Below are positions 37,871 through 46,352 of a stretch of DNA of 64,000 nucleotides, piece by piece (position 1 is the first letter of the stretch; every line of letters starts with the position of its first letter). The position numbers were made by a program, and so were the translations under genes. The stretch is from positions 1,760,001 to 1,824,000 of the forward strand of contig OZ252299.1 of the NCBI GenBank assembly GCA_965250285.1, given 5' to 3'. Source of the DNA: Myxococcota bacterium. GTDB lineage: Bacteria > Myxococcota_A > UBA9160 > UBA4427. The notes below the pieces were generated by a model. It searched no databases and was not told where the DNA came from. It saw only the letters and a program-made list of their open reading frames with translations.

Positions 37871-39970
37871 TCAGCTGCCGCCGACCCCGCCGACTTGCTC
37901 GGCGACGATCGGCGACGGCGTCCCGACGCAGGCCAGCCACAGCTGGTGGATCGCCCGCGTGGCCGCGACGTGCAGTCGGCGACGCGACGGGTCGTTGTCG
38001 GGATAGTGCGAGCCGTCGACGTCGACCACGATCACGTAGTCGAACTCGAGCCCCTTCACCTGCTCGATGTCGGTCACCTCGACGCCCGACTCGAAGCTGA
38101 AATCCTGATCGACCACGTGGCGCACTCGCGGCAGCTCGCAGCGCGCGAGCCCCTCGAAGTAGAGCGCGCTGCTCTCGCCATCGGGTGCGAGGATCGCGAC
38201 CGAGGCCATCGGCTCGGCCCCGGCGAGCTCGCGGAGTGCGTCGGCGAGGAACGCGACGCAGGCCCCTCGATCGGTGAATCGGAACAGCTCGACGGGCGGC
38301 CCATCGCGGGTCGTCTCGGGCGGCGAGGGCTCTTCGGCGAGCGGCCCGAGCACGCCGTGGGCAAACGACATGATCTGGCTCGATGAGCGGTAGCTCACGC
38401 GCAGGGTCTCGAGCTCGGTGCCCTCGAGCCCCAGGTGACCGAAGAAGCGCGCCCACGAGGTGAAGCCGCTGTGGTTCACGACGCTCTGCTGCGTGTCGCC
38501 GGCCAGGGTGATCGTCGCGCCCGGCGCGAGGCAGCCGAGCAGCACCTGCACCTCGAGCGGCGAGAGATCCTGCACTTCGTCGATCACGAGATGGCGCAGC
38601 GCGTGGCTTCTGCGGCCGCTCGCACGCAGCGGCCCCACACGCAGCTGCCAGGCGCGCAGCAGCAGCGCGTCGTCTTCGAAGTCGAGCTCGGCGTCGGGCT
38701 CGATCTCGCCCGAGAGCAGCGAAAGCACGCGCTCGACGTGGGGATGCTGATCCTCGACGAAGCGCTTGAGATCCTGCTCGCTCACGTCGTCGGCACCCGC
38801 GGCACGCGCGGCTTCGCCCAGCGCGTGGCCATCGATCATCAGCGACGCCCAGTCGTCGACGGCCTGCATCCAGTCGCCCTCACCCGGTCGCTGCTCGACG
38901 TGCCGCTCGAGGGCCTGGCCTACGAACGGGTGCAGCTTGATGCGCTGCACCAGCGAAGGCGTCGTCTCACGCTGCCGTGTCGGGAGGCTCGGAAAGTGCC
39001 GCTGGCGTTCGTCTCCGACCCAGCCTCGGTACGACTCGACGCTGACCCGATCGAGCCCGAGCGACGGGAGCACCCGCTCGACGAAGCGCTGCAGCGCCCG
39101 TGAGAAGACCACCACCAGCGTGTCGGGGCCGTCGAGCGCCGGATCTTCGAAGGCGAGATACGCGACGCGGTGCAAGGCGACGGTGGTCTTCCCCGAACCG
39201 GCGGCCCCTCGAATGACCACGAAGCCCGCGCGGGGCCGCGAGATCAACTCGAACTGATCCGGGTCGATCAGACCGGTGATCTCGGGCAGTCGTTTGTCAG
39301 CGCGCACCGTGTCGCCGCCCGGTGCCGAGCCAAAGCGGCGATCCCTCGCCGAGTCGGCCTCATGGAAGTGAAACGCGGCGCCCTCGCCGCCGTGCAGTCG
39401 CGGGGCCTCGGTGCGCTCGATGCGCCAGCCGTCGGGCTCGCCCGGGTCGGCGACGAAGTCGCCCTCGGGCGACTGGACGCGGTCGAGCGCGCCGTCGCGA
39501 ATGCGGACCATCCGGCGCGCGACGACCTCGCCGATGCGCTCGCGCCCGGCGATCTCTTCGTCGTACTCGTCGCCCTGGCGGTACGAGTAGAAAATCTTCG
39601 AGATGGGTGCGTCCCGCCAATCGACGATGCGCAGCCCCTTCTCGATGCAGGTCGCGTGGCCGAGGCACAGGTCGCGCTCACGACCATCTTCGGCAAGTCG
39701 CAAGTGGGCGAAGTACGGCGAGCGCGGATCGACGCTCGGCCCACCCGCGCTGCGACGCAGCTGATTCAGGATCGCCGACTGGTTGTGATACTGCTCGGTG
39801 AGAGCCGACAGATCCTTGTTGTCGCTGCCCGAGAGGATCTGCGCGCGGATGCGCTCGAGCTCCTGAACGATCGGCTCTTCGCGCGCGCTCTTCTCCGGCC
39901 CGCGCTCACGCAGCTGATCCGTCACCCGCTCGAGCAGGTCCAGCTCTTCATCGACGACCGGATGGGTCAT
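37871..39970 (-). CDS. HelD-like SF1 ATPase (RNA polymerase recycling / UvrD-related)
   Basis: SPYFAHL, IVDWRDAP..FY, IDPDQ, GAAGSGKTTVALHRVAYL, IDEVQD, AGD.QQ, SYRS, KGLEFD, VAATRA. Confidence 0.8.
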   Translation of the reverse strand: MTHPVVDEELDLLERVTDQLRERGPEKSAREEPIVQELERIRAQILSGSDNKDLSALTEQYHNQSAILNQLRRSAGGPSVDPRSPYFAHLRLAEDGRERDLCLGHATCIEKGLRIVDWRDAPISKIFYSYRQGDEYDEEIAGRERIGEVVARRMVRIRDGALDRVQSPEGDFVADPGEPDGWRIERTEAPRLHGGEGAAFHFHEADSARDRRFGSAPGGDTVRADKRLPEITGLIDPDQFELISRPRAGFVVIRGAAGSGKTTVALHRVAYLAFEDPALDGPDTLVVVFSRALQRFVERVLPSLGLDRVSVESYRGWVGDERQRHFPSLPTRQRETTPSLVQRIKLHPFVGQALERHVEQRPGEGDWMQAVDDWASLMIDGHALGEAARAAGADDVSEQDLKRFVEDQHPHVERVLSLLSGEIEPDAELDFEDDALLLRAWQLRVGPLRASGRRSHALRHLVIDEVQDLSPLEVQVLLGCLAPGATITLAGDTQQSVVNHSGFTSWARFFGHLGLEGTELETLRVSYRSSSQIMSFAHGVLGPLAEEPSPPETTRDGPPVELFRFTDRGACVAFLADALRELAGAEPMASVAILAPDGESSALYFEGLARCELPRVRHVVDQDFSFESGVEVTDIEQVKGLEFDYVIVVDVDGSHYPDNDPSRRRLHVAATRAIHQLWLACVGTPSPIVAEQVGGVGGS

Positions 39971-40158
39971 ACCGACTCCGTTCCGTCCAGTGAGAAGCCG
40001 CAGGATTCCCACTTATACGGGACGGCGACGCCCATTCCAACGAAATCTTCGAGTCACCGGGGACGGCTTCGACCCACCGCGAGGCGGGTCGGCGCAGCGG
40101 GGCGAAAAGCGACCCATTTCCGGGCAGTCACGCCGACAATCAAACGCTGTGCTGGAAC

Positions 40159-41781
40159 TCAGGCCGTGATCTCACCCGTCGCCACGCGCTTCGCCCAGCG
40201 GTAGTCGGGCTTGCCGCTCGGCGCGCGCTCGATCGAGCCCACCGCGTGCAGCTCGCGCGGCACCTTGTAGCCGGCGATCTTCGTTCGGCAGTGCGCCTGC
40301 ACGGCGTCGAGGCTCGGCGCAGCGCCGGCGCGCGTTTCGATCACGGCCGTCACCCGGCTGCCCCATCGTTCGTCGGGCACACCGACGACCACGCAGTCGT
40401 ACACGTCGGGATGGGACTTCACCGCCTGCTCGACCTCTTCGGGGAAGATCTTCTCGCCGCCCGAGTTGATCGAGACCGAGCCGCGTCCGAGCATCGTCAC
40501 CGAGCCATCGGCCTCGACACGCGCGAAGTCTCCGGGCATCGAGTAGCGCACGCCGTCGAACGTCACGAACGTCTCGGCCGTCTTCTTCGCATCCTTGTAG
40601 TACTCGAGCGGGATGTCGCCCGTGCGCGCCACCTTCCCGATCACGTCGCTCCCCGCCTCGATGCGCTCGCCGGTGTCGGGGTCGATCACCAGCGTGCCCG
40701 GACCGGCTGCCACCGTCGGGCCGCCGCCGACCATCGCGGTGTTCCCCTTCGTGATCAGCGCCATGCCCTGGTTGCCCGTCTCGCTCGACCCGATCGAGTC
40801 GATGATGATCAGGTTCGGGAAGTGCTCGAAGAAGGCGTCCTTCACCACGGGCGAGAAGACGGCCGCGCTGCTGGTCAGGACGAAGAGCGACGCCACGTCC
40901 CAGCGCCCGGCGTTCGCGTCGAGCGCTTCGACCATCGGTCGCCCCATCGCATCGCCCGTGATCATGATCGTGCCGATGCGTTCGTCCTGTACGAGCTGCC
41001 AGACCTGTTCGGGCTCGAAGCGTCGAACCAGCACGACCTTCCGCCCCACGAAGGCGCTGCTCATGACGCACCATTGGGTCGCGCCGTGCATCAGGGGGGC
41101 GATCGCGAGCATGACGCCCTGGTTCGGCTCGGCGCGGCCACGTTCGATCATCTCGAAGGGGGTCTCGGCCCGCTTGCCGGTCGCAGGATCGTTGCCTCCG
41201 CCGAGCGCGAAGAACACGTCCTCCTGGCGCCACACGACGCCCTTCGGCATGCCGGTGGTGCCGCCGGTGTACAGGATGTAGCGATCGTCGGGCGAGCGCG
41301 GCTCGAAGTCACGCTCGGTCGACTCGGCGCCGAGCGCCGCTTCGTAGGCCACGGCATCGAGGGTGTTCGAGTCGACGTCGCTCCCGTCGTCGATCTCCAC
41401 GCAGTGCCCGAGCTTCGGCATCGTGTCACGCACCGCGAGAATTCGCGGCGCGAAGGCGCGCTCGTACACCAGCGCCTTGAGGTCGGCGTTGTCGAAGATG
41501 TACGCGAGCTCTTCTTCGACGTAGCGGTAGTTGATGTTCACCCAGACCGCGCGCAGCTTGAACACCGCCCACAGCGTCTCGACCCACTCGACGCTGTTGA
41601 AGCCATAGATGCCGACGTGATCGCCGGGCCCGACGCCGTTCTTCGCGAGGTGGTGGGCGAGCTGGTTCGCCCTCGCCTCCATCTCGCCGTAGGTGCGGCG
41701 CTGCCCTTCGGCGACGAGGTACTCGCGGTCGGGCCACTCGTCAGCAGCCTGCTCGAAGAGGTCGGCGAGATTGAATTCCAT
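40159..41781 (-). CDS. Acyl-CoA synthetase (FadD19-like)
   Basis: FNLADLFE, NYRYVEEEL.Y.FDN, YTGGTTGMPKGV, PLMHG, GSSETG, GD, INSGGEKIFPEEVE. Confidence 0.9.
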   Translation of the reverse strand: MEFNLADLFEQAADEWPDREYLVAEGQRRTYGEMEARANQLAHHLAKNGVGPGDHVGIYGFNSVEWVETLWAVFKLRAVWVNINYRYVEEELAYIFDNADLKALVYERAFAPRILAVRDTMPKLGHCVEIDDGSDVDSNTLDAVAYEAALGAESTERDFEPRSPDDRYILYTGGTTGMPKGVVWRQEDVFFALGGGNDPATGKRAETPFEMIERGRAEPNQGVMLAIAPLMHGATQWCVMSSAFVGRKVVLVRRFEPEQVWQLVQDERIGTIMITGDAMGRPMVEALDANAGRWDVASLFVLTSSAAVFSPVVKDAFFEHFPNLIIIDSIGSSETGNQGMALITKGNTAMVGGGPTVAAGPGTLVIDPDTGERIEAGSDVIGKVARTGDIPLEYYKDAKKTAETFVTFDGVRYSMPGDFARVEADGSVTMLGRGSVSINSGGEKIFPEEVEQAVKSHPDVYDCVVVGVPDERWGSRVTAVIETRAGAAPSLDAVQAHCRTKIAGYKVPRELHAVGSIERAPSGKPDYRWAKRVATGEITA

Positions 41782-41920
41782 GGCGAGCTCCGTGATGCGC
41801 TTGAGCGGTTCGGGGGCGAGAGAGATGCGGTTGAAGCGAGAGGGCCGCGCGCGGAGCCCGAACGTACCACCACGGGGTGAGGGAGCGGAGGCGACTGCGC
41901 GGGTCAGGTAGCCGGTCGAT

Positions 41921-42940
41921 TCAGTCGAGGAGGTTCTGCCTCGGGTCACCTCGATCGAAGACGTTGAATCGCAGATTGCGGTCGCCCGAAACCTCCTTCC
42001 AACCGATCCGCAGCCCGCGCTGCTCAGCCATGCGACGAGCTGCGAGGTAGACGTCGAAGCTGTCGGGCCAGACGAAGAAACGCACGTACTGCCGGCGTGG
42101 ATTCAGCGCGTCGAGCGCCGCCGCGAACCGGCTGTTTGGGCCGAGTTCGGCCTCGGTCTCGCCCGGAGCAATGTCGCCCGTCGGCACCAGCTCGGCATTG
42201 AGCGAATCGTCGAAGATCCAGCGGTACCCCTGGTCGCCGATCTGCTCCTTCTTGAAGTGGTTCACGATCCACGGCACGTCGGAGCGCTCGATCAGCATGT
42301 TCTCGCGCACAGACCCCGTCGCGTCTCGCATGCCGGCGATCAGGACGTCACCGAGATCGTCGAGGTCGAGCACGTGCACCTCGCCCCCACGGCAGAAGAA
42401 GAACACGCGCTCGAGGCCCGCGGGCACGGGTCTCGGATCGGGGAGTCGGATCGTGATCGGCTCGCCCGCGGCGGCGGGTTCGGCCAGGATCGCCAGCAGC
42501 TTCTCGCGCTCGCCCTCGGCGCGCTTCACCTCGCCCTCGAGGCGCGCCACCTCGACCTTCAGCTGCTCGCGAGCCTCGAGGCTCGGCTGGTCGCCCGCAG
42601 AGGCGCTCGGCCCCGGCAGCGACTCGAACTCGTCGAGCAGCGGGCGCGCATCGGCCAGACGCAGGCCCGCGGTCTGTTCGGCCTTGAATCGCTCGAGCTC
42701 CGACCGCGCCATCTCGATGTCGGCCCGCACGTCGTCGCGTTCGCCGACCAGCTCGGCGAGATCGTTCGGGGTCGCCGCTGCGCGCTCCCCGGCGGTCGCG
42801 CGAATGCGTTCGACGGCGTCGCCGAGCGAGAGCTGCGTCACTGCGACGAGCACGACCAGAATGCCGACGACGTTCGCCATCGTATCGAGCAGCGAGTCGA
42901 TGCTCTGGGCGTCTGCCCGCCTTCGCGCAGCCCGCGCCAT
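41921..42940 (-). CDS. Single-TM coiled-coil protein, ExbD/TolR-like motor partner retaining the TM Asp
   Basis: Basic N-terminus, DSLLDTMANVVGILVVLV TM, heptad-like region, C-terminal FFVWPDSF..AR..AEQRG..IGW; start overlaps upstream stop. Confidence 0.65.
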   Translation of the reverse strand: MARAARRRADAQSIDSLLDTMANVVGILVVLVAVTQLSLGDAVERIRATAGERAAATPNDLAELVGERDDVRADIEMARSELERFKAEQTAGLRLADARPLLDEFESLPGPSASAGDQPSLEAREQLKVEVARLEGEVKRAEGEREKLLAILAEPAAAGEPITIRLPDPRPVPAGLERVFFFCRGGEVHVLDLDDLGDVLIAGMRDATGSVRENMLIERSDVPWIVNHFKKEQIGDQGYRWIFDDSLNAELVPTGDIAPGETEAELGPNSRFAAALDALNPRRQYVRFFVWPDSFDVYLAARRMAEQRGLRIGWKEVSGDRNLRFNVFDRGDPRQNLLD

Positions 42941-43755
42941 CAGCTGCCGAGCTCCGAGTCGGGCACGTCGAACAGGCTGAAGTCGAGCTCGCCGTCACCC
43001 GGCAGAGGCAGCTTCGCGAAGGGCACGTCGAGGCGAGAGGCTGCGACGGCGGCCTTGTTGAAGGTCTCGATGCCGTCCGGTCGGATCAGAAAGACCAGCT
43101 TGGTGTTGCGGAGCACTCGAATGCGGCGCAGAAATCGCTGAAAGTCGGCGCCGCGCAGCAGATCTTCGGTCGGTACGCGGTATGTGAAGTCGCTGCGCGT
43201 GGTGTGCACTTCGACGTAGCCAGCCGTGCACTCCGCGAAGTACGGGCGGTAGGCCGGGCCGACGCCGGCCGGCGCGATGCGCATGCTCAGATCGCGCTTG
43301 GCCTTGTCGCGCGCATCGACGTCGGCCCGCAGGCCCTGGGTCTGCGCCTCGAGGCTCGCGCGCTTGGCCTGCAATCGGTCGCGCCGGGCGACGACGCGCG
43401 CACTGGCCGCAGACGCGCGCCGCTCGTCGACCAGTCGCTCGAGCTCTTCGAGCGAGATCTCGGGGCTCAGCCCCGCACCATCGAGGCGCGCGAAGAGCTC
43501 GTCCTGGTCGGCCTCGCTCGCCTGCACCGTGTCGAGCTGCTCGTCGAGGTCCTCGAGCTCCTGCTTTGCTTCGACGAGCGCCTGCTGCGCACGGTCGATG
43601 CGCTCGCCCAGCCGGACCCCTGCGAGCGCGCTGCTGCCGACCTGGCTCACCGCCATCGATGCGAGGATCAGCGTCAGCGCACCGATCACGCACGCCAGGA
43701 CGGAGAGGAACGGAAAGAGCGAGACCTCGAGGCCTTCGCGTCGCCTGCGCGCCAC
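42940..43755 (-). CDS. Single-TM coiled-coil protein, ExbD/TolR-like motor partner lacking the TM Asp
   Basis: MARRRR..SLFPFLSVLACVIGALTLIL, coiled coil, C-terminal LVFLIRPDG..F..A. Confidence 0.65.
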   Translation of the reverse strand: MARRRREGLEVSLFPFLSVLACVIGALTLILASMAVSQVGSSALAGVRLGERIDRAQQALVEAKQELEDLDEQLDTVQASEADQDELFARLDGAGLSPEISLEELERLVDERRASAASARVVARRDRLQAKRASLEAQTQGLRADVDARDKAKRDLSMRIAPAGVGPAYRPYFAECTAGYVEVHTTRSDFTYRVPTEDLLRGADFQRFLRRIRVLRNTKLVFLIRPDGIETFNKAAVAASRLDVPFAKLPLPGDGELDFSLFDVPDSELGS

Positions 43756-43770
43756 GCCCGCGCCCCTCGG

Positions 43771-44862
43771 CTAGCGCCGCCGCTCGAGCGCGGAGAGGAG
43801 CTTCTCGGCCACGCGATCGGCGACGCGATCGATCGTCGCGTCATCGACGTCGCCGCGGGGCTGTGCCTCACCCAGCCGGCGCACGAGGTGACGCGCGCAG
43901 TAGTCGTCGATCGCCGCGAGATAATCCTCTTCGGCCTTTTGCAGAGAGCTCGTCGGAAACATGATGAAGAGACTCATGACGAGCGCGAGCAGGGTCGTGT
44001 CGAACGCGATCCCCAGGCCGCTCGTGACCGAGCCGATCGACTCCTTCATGACGTCGAGATCGCCGGCGGCCGCGACCGAGTCGGAGAAGCCCGCCACGGA
44101 GGCACCGATGCCGAGCACGGTGCCAATGAAGCCGAGGATCGGCACCGCCCAGATGAAGACGCGCAGCATCGTGTAGCTCGACTCGACGGCGTTCTCGTCG
44201 TTCTGCGCCTGGGCGGCGAGCTGCTCGACCACTTCTTCGGCGCTCTCGCGCGCGGCGTAGTGCTCGAGCGCGCGCGCAATGCGCCCGACCAGGTAGCCAC
44301 GGCGCTGCTCGTCGGGCAGCGTGCGCAGGTAGCTGAGGAAGGCGGGCGCGTTCTCGGGCGTGATCGGGTCACCGATGCCCCGTGGCAGCAGGTCGAGGCC
44401 GAGGGCGCTGCGCTGGCGGCTCAGCACGACCGCCTTCGCGACGAGCATGGCCGCTGCCCAAAACGACAGGAAGCTCACGACGTAGGGGACCCAGCCGCGG
44501 GCGCCGAGCAGCTGTCCGAAAGGCGTGTCGGCAAGCGGGCGCACGACGGCGAGGTAGAACACGGCGGTCAGGGCGAAGGCCGCGAGACCGGTCCAGCTGA
44601 GGGGCACGTCGGTCGTGCCGCCGGTGGCGCGCAGCCCGGGTCCGGCGAGCTCGCGCAGGGGCTCGGGCTGCCCGGGGAGCACCGGCCCAGCCTCTTCATC
44701 CGCCGCGCGGGTTTGGCCGACGACGGCCAGCGGAGCATCGCTCGGCAGGAACGAGTGGCCGCAGGCCTGACAGTCGAGGGGCGCTCGACTGCGCGGGTCG
44801 GTCACCGCGTTCTCCGCGCCGCAGTGCGGACAGATCGCGGCGGTCGATGCACGTTCGGCCAA
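43771..44862 (-). CDS. MotA/TolQ/ExbB proton-channel family protein with N-terminal zinc ribbon
   Basis: CPHC..CQAC; four hydrophobic segments; PILGFIGTV and GLGIAFDTT; TTG start with GAGGA RBS. Confidence 0.85.
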   Translation of the reverse strand: MAERASTAAICPHCGAENAVTDPRSRAPLDCQACGHSFLPSDAPLAVVGQTRAADEEAGPVLPGQPEPLRELAGPGLRATGGTTDVPLSWTGLAAFALTAVFYLAVVRPLADTPFGQLLGARGWVPYVVSFLSFWAAAMLVAKAVVLSRQRSALGLDLLPRGIGDPITPENAPAFLSYLRTLPDEQRRGYLVGRIARALEHYAARESAEEVVEQLAAQAQNDENAVESSYTMLRVFIWAVPILGFIGTVLGIGASVAGFSDSVAAAGDLDVMKESIGSVTSGLGIAFDTTLLALVMSLFIMFPTSSLQKAEEDYLAAIDDYCARHLVRRLGEAQPRGDVDDATIDRVADRVAEKLLSALERRR

Positions 44863-44983
44863 TGCAGATCCTCGTCTCGGCGCGGGAATACGCGCGGCGG
44901 GAAGGTAGTCCAGGCCACGGGTTCGGCCCGCGACCGGTCCGCCCCGCGGCGGCGATCCAGGAGCGGGGATAGAATGCGGCGCG

Positions 44984-46303
44984 ATGGCGTCCTCACCGCA
45001 CGATTCCGATGCCGCTCAGGCCCGCCTGGTGCTCGGCCTGTCGGGCGCCGCCAGCGAGGCCGAGCTGCAGGCGGCCTACTGGGCGCTCCGTGCGCACATC
45101 GAGTCGCGCGCGGTCACCAGCGAAGATCCCGGCTTCGTCGCCGCGCGTGTCGCCGAGCTGCAGCAGCTCACCGAGCGGCTCGCCCTCGCCCTCGACGTGC
45201 CGCCCGACTCGCTGCCCTCGCCGCGCATCGAGGCCGTGCAACCCGCTCCGCGCCAGGGCTGGCCGGTCTGGCTCGGCATCGGGGGGTTCGTCGCCGCGCT
45301 GCTGATCGGCCTCGTGTACTGGCTGATGCGAGCCCCGAGCGACGCGACCGACGCATCACCGCTCGCCGCCGTCGCCCAGGGCGACCCGCCTGGGCGACTC
45401 GTCTTTGCCGAATCCCCCACGGCCGCCCGCTTCACCGTGCTCGACGCGGAGGGCACGCGTGTCGTGCGAGCGGGCATCGTCTCGTCCGACCCGGTCGAGC
45501 TGGCGCCGGGCCAGTACTCGGTCTGGCTCTCGGCGCTGGCCTGCGACGCCAGCCGACACAACACGATCCGCGTCGAGACCGACGCCGACATCGAGCTCGT
45601 CGCGCCCGAGTGCACGCGCACGCTCGCGCTCGTGCTGCGCTCGGACGTGACCGGTGATCGCGTGCGCATCGACGGCGAGGACGTCGGCAGCACGGGGCCG
45701 GGTGCGCACATCCTGCAGCCTGGCTCGCACGAGATCGCGATCGAGCACGGCGGGCGGGAGGCGTGGCGCGCCGAGATCGAGGTCGGCTCGGACGACCGGC
45801 TGACGCTGCACGCCGATCTGGCCGCCAAGGCGAACGCAGCCGACGAGCCGGAGGGCTCGCCCGACGCCGGCGACAGCGCGGAGACAGCGCGGCCGCCGCC
45901 TCCGCCGGGCCGCACCGCGGGGCCGCCGCCTCGGCCGCCCGGCTCGAGTGGTCGGCCCGGTGGTACGCGCGAAGGTCTTCCCGGCGGCACGAGCAGTGAA
46001 TCACCGGTGCGCGATACCCAGGTCGCCGGCTCGCGCAGCTGGCACGATGCCGTGCGCCGCCGCTTGATCGACAAGTATGACGAGAACGGATCGCGCAGCC
46101 TCGACACCACCATCGAGATCGCTTCGATTCCCTGCAGCGAGTGGCTCGCGATCGAGAGCCAGTACGAGACCGGGGGGCTGCAGGTGCCGATGACCCGGCT
46201 CTACGGTTTCGACGGCTCCGAATGGGTCGAAGGGGCGCTCGGAGTCGAACGCGGGCTGCGCGACTTCACGTATCGGCGCATGAAGGAGTGCGGGCTCAAG
46301 TAG
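44984..46303 (+). CDS. Membrane protein: J-domain-like N-terminus, TM, PEGA-like domains, Pro-rich linker, small C-terminal domain
   Basis: VLGL...ASEAELQAAY (no HPD); TM; LRSDVTGDRVRIDGEDVG..LQPGSHEIAIE; DKYDENGSRSLD. Confidence 0.65.
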   Translation: MASSPHDSDAAQARLVLGLSGAASEAELQAAYWALRAHIESRAVTSEDPGFVAARVAELQQLTERLALALDVPPDSLPSPRIEAVQPAPRQGWPVWLGIGGFVAALLIGLVYWLMRAPSDATDASPLAAVAQGDPPGRLVFAESPTAARFTVLDAEGTRVVRAGIVSSDPVELAPGQYSVWLSALACDASRHNTIRVETDADIELVAPECTRTLALVLRSDVTGDRVRIDGEDVGSTGPGAHILQPGSHEIAIEHGGREAWRAEIEVGSDDRLTLHADLAAKANAADEPEGSPDAGDSAETARPPPPPGRTAGPPPRPPGSSGRPGGTREGLPGGTSSESPVRDTQVAGSRSWHDAVRRRLIDKYDENGSRSLDTTIEIASIPCSEWLAIESQYETGGLQVPMTRLYGFDGSEWVEGALGVERGLRDFTYRRMKECGLK

Positions 46304-46352
46304 CCGCCACGCGACGTCGCCCCACGCCGCACGCCGTTCGACCTCGCCCGAC

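Noticed and set aside
41921..44862. Zorya (ZorAB) defence system or flagellar MotAB
   Set aside because: No long C-terminal ZorA tail, no OmpA-like domain in either partner, and no zorC/D/E or flagellar genes nearby
44984..45200. Functional DnaJ co-chaperone
   Set aside because: The HPD motif is absent; only the helix pattern resembles a J-domain
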